Below, piece by piece: positions 12,345 to 22,249 of a stretch of DNA of 64,000 nt. The position numbers and the translations under genes were made by a program. Positions within the stretch are counted from its first letter, which is position 1. The number at the start of each line of letters is the position of its first letter. Location: positions 18,681 through 82,680 of the forward strand of contig JBBRBW010000004.1 in NCBI GenBank assembly GCA_038205425.1, written 5' to 3'. This DNA comes from Burkholderiales bacterium (lineage in GTDB: Bacteria; Pseudomonadota; Gammaproteobacteria; Burkholderiales; Burkholderiaceae_C). Below the pieces are notes generated by a model. It searched no databases. It was not told the origin of the DNA and saw only the letters and a list, made by a program, of their open reading frames with translations.

Positions 12345-12373
12345 CGCTGCCCTGTGTCCGCCGAGAACCGCCC

Positions 12374-13321
12374 TTGAGACTCGCCACCTTCACCGCCCCC
12401 GACGCACCCGACGAGCGCCGCGTGGGTGTGGTCGCCGCCGGCCGCATGCTCGACCTGGGCCGTGCCGGCGCCCTGCTGGAACCCGGCGTCGCGCCGCCGC
12501 CGATGCACATGCGCACGCTGCTCGAAGGCGGTGCGCCCGCACTGGCGCAGGTGCGGCGCCTGCTGACGGCCGCCGAAGCGCGGCCCGAGGTGCGGGCCCA
12601 GACCTCGCACACGATGGACGCGGTGCGGCTGCTGCCGCCCATCCCCGACCCGCACAAGTTCCTGTGCGTCGGCAAGAACTACCGCACCCACCTCGAAGAG
12701 CTCAAACGCACCGACCTCATCAAGGAACTGCCGAACGAGCCCACCGGCTTCATCAAGCTCAACGAATGCCTGGCCGGCCACGGCGCAAACGTCGTGCGGC
12801 CGGCCTCCGTCAGCCACCTGGACTACGAGCCCGAACTGGTGTTCGTGATCGGCAAACCCGCCTACCAGGTGAAGGCCGAGAACGCGTTCGAGCACGTCGC
12901 CGGCATCACGATCCTGAACGACCTCACCTGCCGCGATACGCAAAAGCGCGAAGTGGCCTCGGGCTCGCGCTTCTGGACCTCGAAAAACGCCCCCGGCTTC
13001 GGCCCGCTGGGGCCTTTCATCATCACGATGGAAGAGGTGCCCGACCCCTACGACATCTGGGTTACCTGCAGCGTCAACGGCGAGCAGCGCATGCGCGTCA
13101 ACACCCGCGACCAGATCTGGAAGCTGCCGCGCATCATCGAGCACTTCTCGCGCCTGGTGCCGCTGCAGCCGGGCGACATGTTCTCCACCGGCGCGCCGGG
13201 CGGCGTGGCGGTGGGCAAGCCCAACGCCGAGGCGTTGTTCCTCAAGCCCGGCGACGTCGTCGAGTGCGCCTTCGAGGCGCCGCACATGGTGCTGCGCAAC
13301 CGCATCGTCGCGCCGGCCTGA
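12374..13321 (+). CDS. Fumarylacetoacetate hydrolase family protein
   Basis: CVGKNYRTH, LDYEPEL, NDLT, PLGP, LQPGD..TG motifs; TTG start. Confidence 0.9.
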   Translation: MRLATFTAPDAPDERRVGVVAAGRMLDLGRAGALLEPGVAPPPMHMRTLLEGGAPALAQVRRLLTAAEARPEVRAQTSHTMDAVRLLPPIPDPHKFLCVGKNYRTHLEELKRTDLIKELPNEPTGFIKLNECLAGHGANVVRPASVSHLDYEPELVFVIGKPAYQVKAENAFEHVAGITILNDLTCRDTQKREVASGSRFWTSKNAPGFGPLGPFIITMEEVPDPYDIWVTCSVNGEQRMRVNTRDQIWKLPRIIEHFSRLVPLQPGDMFSTGAPGGVAVGKPNAEALFLKPGDVVECAFEAPHMVLRNRIVAPA

Positions 13322-13353
13322 GCATTCCATAACAACGAAGGAGACCCGCCCCC

Positions 13354-14340
13354 ATGAACCCGCTGCACAGCCCACGCCGCCACTGGCTGCGCTCGACCGG
13401 TCGCACCCTCACGCTGGCCGCGCTGGCCGCCGCCGGCCTGGCTGGCACCGGTGCCGCCCAGGCGCAGGCCTGGCCGACACGCACCGTGACCATCGTCGTG
13501 CCCTTCCCGCCGGCCGGCGGCGCCGACACGCTGGCGCGCATCCTCGGCGCCCATCTGACCCAGGTCTGGAAGCAGACGGTGGTGGTCGAGAACCGCCCCG
13601 GCGCCGCCGGCAAGATCGGCGCCGGCCAGGTCGCGCGCGCGCAGGCCGACGGCTACACGCTGCTGATGAGCTCGACGGCCTCGCTCGACCTCGACAACGT
13701 CAAGCAGTTCGCGCCGATCGCGCTGGTCTCTGCTTCGCCCTATGTCGTCACGGTCAACCCCAGACTCGGGCTGACGAGCGTGAAGGAACTGGTGGCCCGG
13801 GCCAAGGCCCAACCCGGCAAGCTGACCTTCGGTTCGTCGGGCGATGGCTCGGCCTCTCACCTGTCGGCGGAGCTCTTCAAGCAGCTCGCCGGTGTCGACA
13901 TGCTGCACGTGCCCTACAAGGGCACCGGGCAGGCCGTCACCGACCTGCTGGCGGGCACCATCGACGTCATGTTCGCACCGGGGCAGACCGTCTCGCAGCA
14001 CATCGCCGCGGGCAAGCTGCGGGCGTTGGCCGTCACCAGTGCCGTCAAGGCCAAGGCGATGCCCGAGCTGCCGACGCTGGCCGATTCAGGCGTGCCCGGG
14101 TATGCCGCGGTGGGCTGGTTCGGCCTGCTCGCGCCGGTGGCCACGCCCAAGGCGGTGGTGGCCCAGCTGGCCGCCGACGTCAACGCGGCGCTGCGCGACC
14201 CCGGCGTCGAGAAGACCATGCTCGCCGCCGGCGCCGAGCCGGCCGAAGGCACGCCCGAGCAGTTCGCGAAGTTCATCCTCGACGAGCTGGCGATGTGGGC
14301 GCGGGTGACGAAGCAGATACCGGTTAGCGGAACGCGCTGA
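13354..14340 (+). CDS. Bug/TctC tripartite tricarboxylate transporter substrate-binding protein
   Basis: Twin-arginine-like leader (PRRHWL), VPFPPAGGAD, ENRPGA, HVPYKG. Confidence 0.9.
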   Translation: MNPLHSPRRHWLRSTGRTLTLAALAAAGLAGTGAAQAQAWPTRTVTIVVPFPPAGGADTLARILGAHLTQVWKQTVVVENRPGAAGKIGAGQVARAQADGYTLLMSSTASLDLDNVKQFAPIALVSASPYVVTVNPRLGLTSVKELVARAKAQPGKLTFGSSGDGSASHLSAELFKQLAGVDMLHVPYKGTGQAVTDLLAGTIDVMFAPGQTVSQHIAAGKLRALAVTSAVKAKAMPELPTLADSGVPGYAAVGWFGLLAPVATPKAVVAQLAADVNAALRDPGVEKTMLAAGAEPAEGTPEQFAKFILDELAMWARVTKQIPVSGTR

Positions 14341-14353
14341 GGCGGGACGTGCA

Positions 14354-14411
14354 AGGCCGCAAGGCCTGGTACGCCAGCCGAAGGCCCGAACGCGATTACA
14401 CGCGTGAGGGC
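14354..14411. other. Structured intergenic element between convergent genes
   Basis: Hairpins AGGCC-GCAA-GGCCT, GCC-GAA-GGC and GCCC..ACGCG-ATTACA-CGCGT..GGGC. Confidence 0.4.
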
Positions 14412-14450
14412 TGAACACAGCGCGGCAGCAGCGCCGCCGCGCACCGCGGC

Positions 14451-15140
14451 TCAAGATTGCTCGCGCTGCATCATGTGGCGCAGGCGCGCGCGCTGCCCGC
14501 CCGCAAGGTGACGCGTGATGGCGTCGCGCGCCGCCTCGACATCGTGGCGCGCGATGCTCTCGACCAGCGTGACGTGCTCGGCGCAGGCGCTTTCCAGACG
14601 CGCCGGGTCGTTGGCCGTGGCGGGGCCGAGCAGGATCATCGGCGTCTGCAGCGCCTTCAGGCTCGTCAGCAGGTAGCGGTTGTGCGCGCTGCGGTAGATG
14701 GCCTCGTGGAAGCGCCGGTTGTGGCGCTCGCGCTTGATGGGGTCGGCCAGCACCTGCTGCTCGAGTTCGATCATGTCCTGCAGCACGGCCACCTCGGCTT
14801 CTGAGGCGTTCTGCGCCGCCAGCCCCGCGGCCGTGGTCTCCAGCACCAGGCGGATGGCGTAGAGCTCGGTGATCATCTGGCGGTCCAGCGCCGCCACCAC
14901 CCGGCCCAGGTAGGGCTCGTGCGCGATGAGGCCATCGGTCTCGAGCCAGGCGATGGCCTCGCGCACCGGCGTGCGGCTCATCTGCAGTGTCTCGGCCAGC
15001 GCATTGACGCTGATGCGGTCGCCGGGCTTGAGCACGCCGGTCTCGATGGCCTCGTGCAACTGCCCGTAGGCGGCCTGGCCCATCGAACGGCTGGTACCGA
15101 CCGGGGCGGGCGATGGCGGGGGGCTGTGGGCTGGCGGCAT
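14451..15140 (-). CDS. GntR-family (FCD) transcriptional regulator
   Basis: wHTH LKPGDRI..LAETLQMSRTPVREA; FCD NRRFHEAIY..AHNRYL..EH; start 15140 or 15083. Confidence 0.88.
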   Translation of the reverse strand: MPPAHSPPPSPAPVGTSRSMGQAAYGQLHEAIETGVLKPGDRISVNALAETLQMSRTPVREAIAWLETDGLIAHEPYLGRVVAALDRQMITELYAIRLVLETTAAGLAAQNASEAEVAVLQDMIELEQQVLADPIKRERHNRRFHEAIYRSAHNRYLLTSLKALQTPMILLGPATANDPARLESACAEHVTLVESIARHDVEAARDAITRHLAGGQRARLRHMMQREQS

Positions 15141-15273
15141 GGGCGCTTTCGGGGCTGGAGGCGGGAAAGGACGCGGTGAAGTCGGGGGATCTTGAGTTAC
15201 CGCAGGAAGCCTGCGCGCCGCGCGGCGGTGCACACGCCGCTGCGCGCTTAGCATCGAATGGCGTTCATTTTCG

Positions 15274-15284
15274 CTGCACCGCAG
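15274..15284 (+). promoter_or_regulatory. Possible PhaR-type operator
   Basis: CTGC-ACC-GCAG palindrome 11 nt upstream of phaC ATG; short motif in GC-rich DNA. Confidence 0.35.
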
Positions 15285-15295
15285 GCTCGCCCACC

Positions 15296-17170
15296 ATGAC
15301 GCCGACCGACACCCGCCCCATCTCCAACGGCACGCGCCCCGACCCCTACCGCGCCGTCGACGACCTCTTCCACGCCCGCCTGGCCGACAGCAGCATGGGC
15401 CTGTCGCCGATCTCGCTGGCCCTGGCCCAGGCCGACTGGGCCTGGCACCTGGCCGTCTCGCCCGGGCGCCAGTTGCTGCTGGCGCAGAAGGCGCAGGCCC
15501 TGGCACTGCAGGTGCTGGCCCGCGCGATGAACCCCGCGGCCGTCGACGAAGCGGCCCCGACCGCCGACAGCGACCTGCACTTCGCCGACGAGGGCTGGCG
15601 GCATTGGCCCTACCGTGTCTGGAAGGACGCCTACAAGGCCACCGAGGCCTGGTGGCGCGAAGCCGTGCAGGTCGACGGCCTGTCGGCGCACCACCGCCAC
15701 ATGGTCCAGTTCTTCGCAGCCCAGGGCGTCGACACGCTGTCGCCGGCCAACTGGGTGGCCACCAACCCGCAGGCCGTGCAGGCCACGCTCGACAGCGGCG
15801 GCACGAGCCTCGTGCGCGGCAGCCAGCACCTGCTCGCTGACCTGCAGGAAATGCAGCCCGCCAGCACGCCCGCCGCCGAGGGCGAGGGCCACGCCGTGTC
15901 GGCCACGATGGCGCCGCTGCCCTATGCCGTGGGCAAGGACGTCGCCGTCACGCCGGGCAAGGTGGTCTACCGCAACGCGCTGTTCGAGCTGATCCAGTAC
16001 ACGCCGACAACGGCGCAGGTGCACAACGAGCCGCTGCTCATCGTGCCTTCCTGCATCATGAAGTACTACATCCTCGACCTGTCGCCCGGCAACTCGATGG
16101 TGCGCTACCTGGTCGACCAGGGCTTCACGGTGTTCATGATGTCCTGGCGCAACCCCGACGCCACCGACCGCGAACTCGGCATGCAGGACTACCTGCGGCG
16201 CGGCGTGATGGAGGCCATGGCGGTGGTGAAGTCGCGTGCCGACGCACCGCGCATCCATGCACTGGGCTACTGCCTGGGCGGCACCTTCCTGGCCATCGTC
16301 GCCGCCGTGCTGGGCCGGCTGCAGCGCCAGGCCGCGGCCCACCCGGCACCCGCCGCTGCCCGTGCCACCGACGGCGCGGCGCAGCGGCGCCGCGACGACG
16401 ACCTGCGGCCCGAAGCGCTGGCCGAGCTGGCCAGCGTCACGCTGCTGGCGGCGCAGACCGACTTCAGCGAACCGGGCGAACTGGGCGTCTTCATCGACGA
16501 CGACCAGCTCAAGACGCTGCGCGAGAGCATGGCCCGCACCGGCTTCCTCTCGGGCCGCGCGATGGCCGCATCCTTCCAGTTCCTGAACTCGCGCGAGCTC
16601 GTCTGGTCGCGCAACACGCGTCGCTACCTGCTCGGCCTCAAGGACACGGGCAACGACATGATGAGCTGGAACGCCGACGTCACGCGCCTGCCCGAACGCA
16701 TGCACAACGAATACCTGTCGTCGCTGTTCCTCAACAACGCACTGGCCGCGGGCCATTACCGCTGCGGCGGCGAAGGCGTGGCGCTGCGCGACATCAACAT
16801 GCCGACGCTGGTGGTGGGCACCTCGCGCGACCATGTCTCGCCGTGGCGCTCGGTCTACAAGATCCACCTGCTGACCGACACCGACACCACCTTCGTGCTG
16901 GCCGCCGGCGGGCACAACGCCGGCATCGTCTCCGAGCCCGGCCATGCCAACCGCAGTTACCAGATCAGCCACATCCCGCGTGGCCATGGCTGGACCGACC
17001 CCGACGCCTGGCTGGCCCAGGCCCGCACGCAGCCCGGCTCGTGGTGGCTGGCGATGGCCGACTGGCTGCGTGCACACTCCTCGGGCCAGCGCAAGCCACC
17101 GCCCGTCGCGCGTTCGTCGGTGCTGTGCAAGGCGCCGGGCAGCTACGTGATGGTGCGCTACGACGATTGA
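15296..17170 (+). CDS. phaC: Class I-type poly(3-hydroxyalkanoate) synthase
   Basis: VTPGKVVYRN, KYYILDLSP, lipase box GYCLGG, catalytic D (RDHVSPW) and H (GGHNAGIV), PGSWW, APGSYV. Confidence 0.9.
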   Translation: MTPTDTRPISNGTRPDPYRAVDDLFHARLADSSMGLSPISLALAQADWAWHLAVSPGRQLLLAQKAQALALQVLARAMNPAAVDEAAPTADSDLHFADEGWRHWPYRVWKDAYKATEAWWREAVQVDGLSAHHRHMVQFFAAQGVDTLSPANWVATNPQAVQATLDSGGTSLVRGSQHLLADLQEMQPASTPAAEGEGHAVSATMAPLPYAVGKDVAVTPGKVVYRNALFELIQYTPTTAQVHNEPLLIVPSCIMKYYILDLSPGNSMVRYLVDQGFTVFMMSWRNPDATDRELGMQDYLRRGVMEAMAVVKSRADAPRIHALGYCLGGTFLAIVAAVLGRLQRQAAAHPAPAAARATDGAAQRRRDDDLRPEALAELASVTLLAAQTDFSEPGELGVFIDDDQLKTLRESMARTGFLSGRAMAASFQFLNSRELVWSRNTRRYLLGLKDTGNDMMSWNADVTRLPERMHNEYLSSLFLNNALAAGHYRCGGEGVALRDINMPTLVVGTSRDHVSPWRSVYKIHLLTDTDTTFVLAAGGHNAGIVSEPGHANRSYQISHIPRGHGWTDPDAWLAQARTQPGSWWLAMADWLRAHSSGQRKPPPVARSSVLCKAPGSYVMVRYDD

Positions 17171-17207
17171 ACCCCCTCCCCTTTCGAAGCTTCCCCCTGG
17201 ACCCTGC

Positions 17208-18635
17208 ATGAACGACATCCGCACCACCGAATGGCTGGAAAACATCACCTACGACGAGCTGAAGATCGGCCAGAGCGCGCGTCTGCTGCGCACGCTGACG
17301 CTGGCCGACATCCAGGCCTTCGCCGCCGTCTCGGGTGACACCAACCCAGCCCACCTCAGCCCCGAATACGCCAACGACACGCTGCTGCATGGCGTGGTGG
17401 CGCACGGCATGTGGGGCGGCGCGCTGATCTCGGCGCTGCTGGGCACGCAGTTCCCCGGCCCGGGCACGATCTACATCGAACAGGCGCTGCACTTCACCAA
17501 GCCGGTGCGCATCGGCGACACGCTGGCGGTCACGGCCACCGTGATGGCCAAGGACGACGCCAAGAAACACGTCGAACTGCGCTGCGAGGTCACCAACCAG
17601 AAGGGCATGATGGTGCTGCACGGCACCGCGCGCGTGCTGGCGCCGACGCAGAAGGTGCGGCTGCGGCGGCCCGGCACGCCGCAGATCCAGCTCTTCGACC
17701 CCGACGCGCGTTTCCGCGACCTGCTGCGCCTGGGCGAAGGCATCGGCGCGGCGCGCTGCGCGGTGGTGCACCCCTGCGACACCGAGTCGCTCACCGGCGC
17801 CATGGACGCGGCGCGCTACGGCCTGCTGATCCCGGTGCTGATCGGCCCCGAGGTGCGCATCCGCCACCTCGCCGACGAAGCCGGCATCGACCTCGCCGGC
17901 GTCGAGATCGTCTCGGTGCCGCACAGCCACGCCGCCGCCGAGACGGCCGCCGAGATGGCCGCCAAGGGCCGCGTCGAGGTGATGATGAAGGGCAGCCTGC
18001 ACACCGACGAGATGATCATGGCCGTGCTCAAGCAGCCCACGCTGCGCACCGGCCGGCGCATGTCGCACGTGTTCCGCTTCGACGTGCCGCTCTACCCCAA
18101 GCCGCTGCTCATCACCGACGCCGCGCTGAACATCGCGCCGACGCTGGCCGAGAAGGTCGACATCATCCAGAACGCGATCGACTTCGCACGCATTCTCGGC
18201 GTGGCCAAGCCCAAGGTCGCCATCCTGTCGGCGGTGGAGACCGTCAATCCGGCGATCCCCTCGACGCTGGACGCCGCCGCGCTGTGCAAGATGGCCGACC
18301 GCGGCCAGATCAAGGGTGGCGTGCTCGACGGCCCGCTGGCCTTCGACAATGCGATTTCGGCGCACGCGGCGCAGGTCAAGGGCATCGTCTCGGTGGTGGC
18401 CGGCGACGCCGACATCCTGGCCGTGCCCGACCTCGAGTCGGGCAACATGCTGGCCAAGCAGCTGGAATACCTGGCCGGCGCATCGGTCTCGGGGCTGGTG
18501 CTGGGGGCCCGTGTGCCGATCGCGCTGACGAGCCGGGCCGACGGCCCGCGTGCGCGCGCCGCGTCGGCGCTGCTGGCGCTGCTGGCCGCGAACAACGCGC
18601 GCCGCGACCAGGCCCGTGTGGCCTGGCCGGCCTGA
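17208..18635 (+). CDS. Bifunctional MaoC-type (R)-enoyl-CoA hydratase / phosphate acetyl(butyryl)transferase
   Basis: N-terminal FAAVSGDTNPAH..AHGM hydratase motif; C-terminal MKGSLHT, DGPLAFDNAIS, GNMLAK, LTSRAD. Confidence 0.9.
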   Translation: MNDIRTTEWLENITYDELKIGQSARLLRTLTLADIQAFAAVSGDTNPAHLSPEYANDTLLHGVVAHGMWGGALISALLGTQFPGPGTIYIEQALHFTKPVRIGDTLAVTATVMAKDDAKKHVELRCEVTNQKGMMVLHGTARVLAPTQKVRLRRPGTPQIQLFDPDARFRDLLRLGEGIGAARCAVVHPCDTESLTGAMDAARYGLLIPVLIGPEVRIRHLADEAGIDLAGVEIVSVPHSHAAAETAAEMAAKGRVEVMMKGSLHTDEMIMAVLKQPTLRTGRRMSHVFRFDVPLYPKPLLITDAALNIAPTLAEKVDIIQNAIDFARILGVAKPKVAILSAVETVNPAIPSTLDAAALCKMADRGQIKGGVLDGPLAFDNAISAHAAQVKGIVSVVAGDADILAVPDLESGNMLAKQLEYLAGASVSGLVLGARVPIALTSRADGPRARAASALLALLAANNARRDQARVAWPA

Positions 18636-18648
18636 GCGGCACGCAACC

Positions 18649-19836
18649 ATGGCCATCCTTGCCGTCAATGCGGGTTCGTCGACGCTGAAGTTTTCGCTCT
18701 ACCCGCGCGACGGGTGCGAGGTGGGGCCCAACGTGCTGGGCGGCAACATCCAGGGCCTGGAGCCCGGCGGCCAGCCGCACATCGAATGGACCTGGCTCGG
18801 CCGCACGCAAGCGCAGGCGTTGCCGCAGGCCGGGGGCGACGCCTTCACGCCCGCCCTGCAGCACCTGCGCGAGTTGCTGGCGGCGCAGGCCGACCTGCCG
18901 GCCATCGACGCGGTGGCCCACCGCGTGGTGCATGGCGGGCCCGACTTCTCGGCCAGCGTCGTCGTCACCGAGGCCATCATCGACCACCTGGCGCGCCTCA
19001 ACTCGCTGGCGCCGCTGCACCAGCCGCAGAACCTGCAGGGCATACGCGCCTTCATGCAGGCCTTTCCGGGGCTGTTGCAGGTGGCCTGCTTCGACACCGC
19101 CTTCCACGCCACCATCCCGGAAGTCGACTACCGCTTCGCGCTGCCGCGCGCGCTCTGGGCGCAGGGCCTGCGCCGCTACGGTTTCCACGGCTTGTCCTAC
19201 CAGTACGTGATGAGCACGCTGCAGAGCCACAGCGCCCGCGCCGGCGGCCGCGTGCTGATGGCCCACCTGGGCAACGGTGCCAGCCTGTGCGCGGCGCTGG
19301 ACGGCCGCAGCCGCGCCAGCAGCATGGGCTTCAGTGCCCTCGACGGGTTGATGATGGGCACGCGCTGCGGCACGCTCGACGCCGGCGTGCTGCTCTACCT
19401 GCTCGAGCAGGGCTGGGACCACGACCGTCTGCAGACGCTGCTGTACAAGGAAAGCGGGCTGCTCGGCGTGTCGGGCGTCTCGGCCGACATGCGCCGGCTG
19501 CGCGCCGACGACAGCGCCGAGGCACGCTTCGCGATCGAGCTCTTCACGCACCGCGTCTTGCGCGAGGCCGGCGCCATGGCGGCTTGCCTGCAGGGCCTGG
19601 ATCTGCTGGCCTTCAGCGGCGGCATCGGCGAACACGACGTGCAACTGCGCGCCGACGTCGGCCGCCAGCTCGCCTGGCTGGGCGTGCAGCTCGACCCGGC
19701 GGCCAACGCCGCCTCGGTGGGCGACGGCGTGCGTGCGATCCACGCCGCGGGCAGCACGGTCGAGGTGTGGGTGGTGCCCACCGACGAAGGCAGCGTGGCG
19801 GCGCGCGACGCCGCCGCACTGCTGTGCGGGGGCTAG
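18649..19836 (+). CDS. ackA: Acetate/propionate kinase
   Basis: [47 protein letters not shown]. Confidence 0.92.
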   Translation: MAILAVNAGSSTLKFSLYPRDGCEVGPNVLGGNIQGLEPGGQPHIEWTWLGRTQAQALPQAGGDAFTPALQHLRELLAAQADLPAIDAVAHRVVHGGPDFSASVVVTEAIIDHLARLNSLAPLHQPQNLQGIRAFMQAFPGLLQVACFDTAFHATIPEVDYRFALPRALWAQGLRRYGFHGLSYQYVMSTLQSHSARAGGRVLMAHLGNGASLCAALDGRSRASSMGFSALDGLMMGTRCGTLDAGVLLYLLEQGWDHDRLQTLLYKESGLLGVSGVSADMRRLRADDSAEARFAIELFTHRVLREAGAMAACLQGLDLLAFSGGIGEHDVQLRADVGRQLAWLGVQLDPAANAASVGDGVRAIHAAGSTVEVWVVPTDEGSVAARDAAALLCGG

Positions 19837-19891
19837 TCAAGGCATAGCTTTGCGCGAGCGTGGCGCCGCGCGCCACTACACTCGCGGCCCG

Positions 19892-20722
19892 ATGGACAAG
19901 CCCGAGACCCCTGCAACCGCGCCTGCAATCCTGGCCGCAACCGCGCCTGCAGTCCTGCCCGCAATCTCGCATGCAATCGTGCTTGCAACCACGCCTGCAG
20001 ACACCCTGCGCAACCGACCGTTGCGCAGCTTCGTGCTGCGCGCCGGCCGCCTGGGCACCGGCCAGCAGCGGGCGCTGGAGGAACTCGGTCCGCGCTACGT
20101 GCTGCCCTACACCGCGCAGCCGCTGGACCTGGACACCGTGTTCGGCCGCTTGGCGCCGCGCGTGCTGGAAATCGGCTTCGGCATGGGCGACGCCACGGCG
20201 CAGGTCGCCGCGGCACTGCCCGGCACCGACTTCATCGGCGTCGAGGTGCACACGCCCGGCGTGGGTGCACTGCTCAAGTACGTCGGCGCGCAGGCGCTGA
20301 GCAACCTGCGCCTGGTCCAGCACGACGCCGTGGAGGTAATGGCACACATGCTGGCCCCGGGCTCGCTGGCCGGCGTGCACATCTGGTTCCCCGACCCCTG
20401 GCACAAGAAGCGCCACAACAAGCGGCGCCTGGTGCAGCCGGACTTCGTTGCGCGGCTGCTCACCCGCCTGGCACCCGGCGGCTACCTGCACTGCGCGACC
20501 GACTGGCAGCCCTACGCCGAACAGATGCTGGAAGTGCTGGCGGCGGAACCGCAGCTGGTCAACACCAGCAACGACGCCAGCGGCTATGCGCCGCGCCCCG
20601 ACTGGCGGCCGCTGACCAAGTTCGAGCAGCGCGGCCTGAAGCTCGGCCATGGCGTGTGGGACCTGGTGTTCAGGCACGTGCCGGCCGCGCCCGCAGCGGC
20701 GCCCGGGATAATGGCACCATGA
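19892..20722 (+). CDS. trmB: tRNA (guanine-N7)-methyltransferase with repeat-derived N-terminal extension
   Basis: [38 protein letters not shown]. Confidence 0.95.
   Translation: MDKPETPATAPAILAATAPAVLPAISHAIVLATTPADTLRNRPLRSFVLRAGRLGTGQQRALEELGPRYVLPYTAQPLDLDTVFGRLAPRVLEIGFGMGDATAQVAAALPGTDFIGVEVHTPGVGALLKYVGAQALSNLRLVQHDAVEVMAHMLAPGSLAGVHIWFPDPWHKKRHNKRRLVQPDFVARLLTRLAPGGYLHCATDWQPYAEQMLEVLAAEPQLVNTSNDASGYAPRPDWRPLTKFEQRGLKLGHGVWDLVFRHVPAAPAAAPGIMAP
19910..20005 (+). repeat. Degenerate 12-bp tandem repeat (8 units) in trmB 5' end
   Basis: cctgcaaccgcg cctgcaatcctg gccgcaaccgcg cctgcagtcctg cccgcaatctcg catgcaatcgtg cttgcaaccacg cctgcagacacc. Confidence 0.75.
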
Positions 20723-20934
20723 CGTTTTTCTACTGGTTGATGAGCGTGCTCATCGTCGGCACGCTGCTGCCCTCGGCCTTCTACTTCCTGCTCTACGCCA
20801 CCACCGGCGAGCCGGCTTGCGAACGCCGTGCGCGCACGCTGTGGAACGTGGCGCGCGTGTTTGCGCTGGGCGGATTCAACATCCTGGTCTGGGGGCACGT
20901 GCTGGTCGGCCTGTGGCGCTTGATGTTCCGCTAG
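20719..20934 (+). CDS. Small (71 aa) two-helix membrane protein, unknown function
   Basis: ATGA overlap with trmB stop; two hydrophobic segments. Confidence 0.65.
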   Translation: MTFFYWLMSVLIVGTLLPSAFYFLLYATTGEPACERRARTLWNVARVFALGGFNILVWGHVLVGLWRLMFR

Positions 20935-21242
20935 TCGAAACCCAGCCGCCGCAGCCGCGCACGCAGCGCCGCCAATTCGCCCTCGAGGTCGGCTACCAGC
21001 GCCGCCAGTTCGGGCACCGCGTCGAAGTCGCGCTCCAGGCACGCCAGGCGGCGCGCGCGGCGCAGGTCGGCGGCGTCGAAACGTACCAGCTCACGGCGCT
21101 CCAGCGTCCGCGGTGGCAGCAGGCCCTGCGCCATGCGTTCGCGCAGCCAGGGCTCGGTTACGCCGGCCAGCCGGCACAGCGCGTCGAGGTCGAGCCAGAG
21201 GTCGTCGAGCAGCGCCTCGATCGTTTGCGGGGGCAGGTTCAT
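20931..21242 (-). CDS. cbpM: Chaperone modulator CbpM (MerR-like HTH)
   Basis: LDALCRLAGV, RARRLACLERDFD..ALVADL; overlaps cbpA stop. Confidence 0.8.
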   Translation of the reverse strand: MNLPPQTIEALLDDLWLDLDALCRLAGVTEPWLRERMAQGLLPPRTLERRELVRFDAADLRRARRLACLERDFDAVPELAALVADLEGELAALRARLRRLGFD

Positions 21243-22249
21243 CTCGTCTCCTCAGCGCCGCTGCGCCCGGCTTCGGCCGCCGCGACCTTGCGCGCGTCGA
21301 ACTCGGGCAGCTCGCTGGCCATCTGTTCGTAGAGCTTCTTCGCCCGCGGGTCCATGGCGCTGGGCAGCACCACGCGCAGCTGCAGTTCCAGGTCGCCCGG
21401 TGTGCGCGCCGGCAGGCCGCGGCCGCGCACCGTGACGCTCTGGCCGCTCTGCGCGCCGGCCGGCACCCGCACCTTCAGCGAACTGCCGTCGGGCAGCGCC
21501 ACCGGCACCACGGCGCCGAGCGCCGCTTCCCAGGGCGCCACGGCCAGTTCGGTGACGAGGTCGGCCCCGTCGACGCGGTAACGCGGATGCGGCTTGAACT
21601 GCACTTCCAGCAGCAGGTCGCCGGCCGCTGCGCCGCCCAGGCCAGGCCCGCCCTGCCCGGCCAGGCGGATGAGCTGGCCGGCCTTCACGCCGGCGGGAAT
21701 GTGCACGTCCAGCGTGCGTTCGGCCAGGTGCACACGGCCCTGCGCGTCGACCTGCGGCAGCCGCAGCGACAGCCGCCGCTGCGCGCCGCGCCAGGCGTCC
21801 TCGATGTCGAGCAGGATCTTGGCGTGGTGGTCCTCGCCCGCCGCCCGGAAGCTCGCGCCGCCGGCCGCGTGCGGCCCCGCGCGCGCCTGGCGGCGTGCAC
21901 CCTGGCCCATGCGGCCGAAGAGCTCGGCGAAGAAGTCGCTGTACTCGCCGGCGTCCATGCCCTCGTCGCCGCGGCCGCGGAACTCGAAGCCGGCGTCCCA
22001 GTCGGGCGGCGGCGTGAAACGTTCGCCGGCCTGGTGGCCCTGGCCGATGGCGTCGTAGGCGGCGCGGCGCTCGGGGTCGGACAGCACTGCATTGGCCTCG
22101 TTGATCTCGCTCATGCGCGCCGCCGCGTCGGCCTCCTTGCTGACGTCGGGGTGGTACTTGCGGGCCAATTTGCGGAAGGCCTTCTTGATGTCGTCGGCGG
22201 TGGCGTCACGCGCCACGCCGAACACGGCGTAGTAGTCCTTGAACTGCAC
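21239..22249 (-). CDS. cbpA: Curved DNA-binding DnaJ-class co-chaperone
   Basis: J domain with YHPD, DFFAELFG, DnaJ C-terminal domains, no Zn finger. Confidence 0.9.
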   Translation of the reverse strand: MQFKDYYAVFGVARDATADDIKKAFRKLARKYHPDVSKEADAAARMSEINEANAVLSDPERRAAYDAIGQGHQAGERFTPPPDWDAGFEFRGRGDEGMDAGEYSDFFAELFGRMGQGARRQARAGPHAAGGASFRAAGEDHHAKILLDIEDAWRGAQRRLSLRLPQVDAQGRVHLAERTLDVHIPAGVKAGQLIRLAGQGGPGLGGAAAGDLLLEVQFKPHPRYRVDGADLVTELAVAPWEAALGAVVPVALPDGSSLKVRVPAGAQSGQSVTVRGRGLPARTPGDLELQLRVVLPSAMDPRAKKLYEQMASELPEFDARKVAAAEAGRSGAEETR

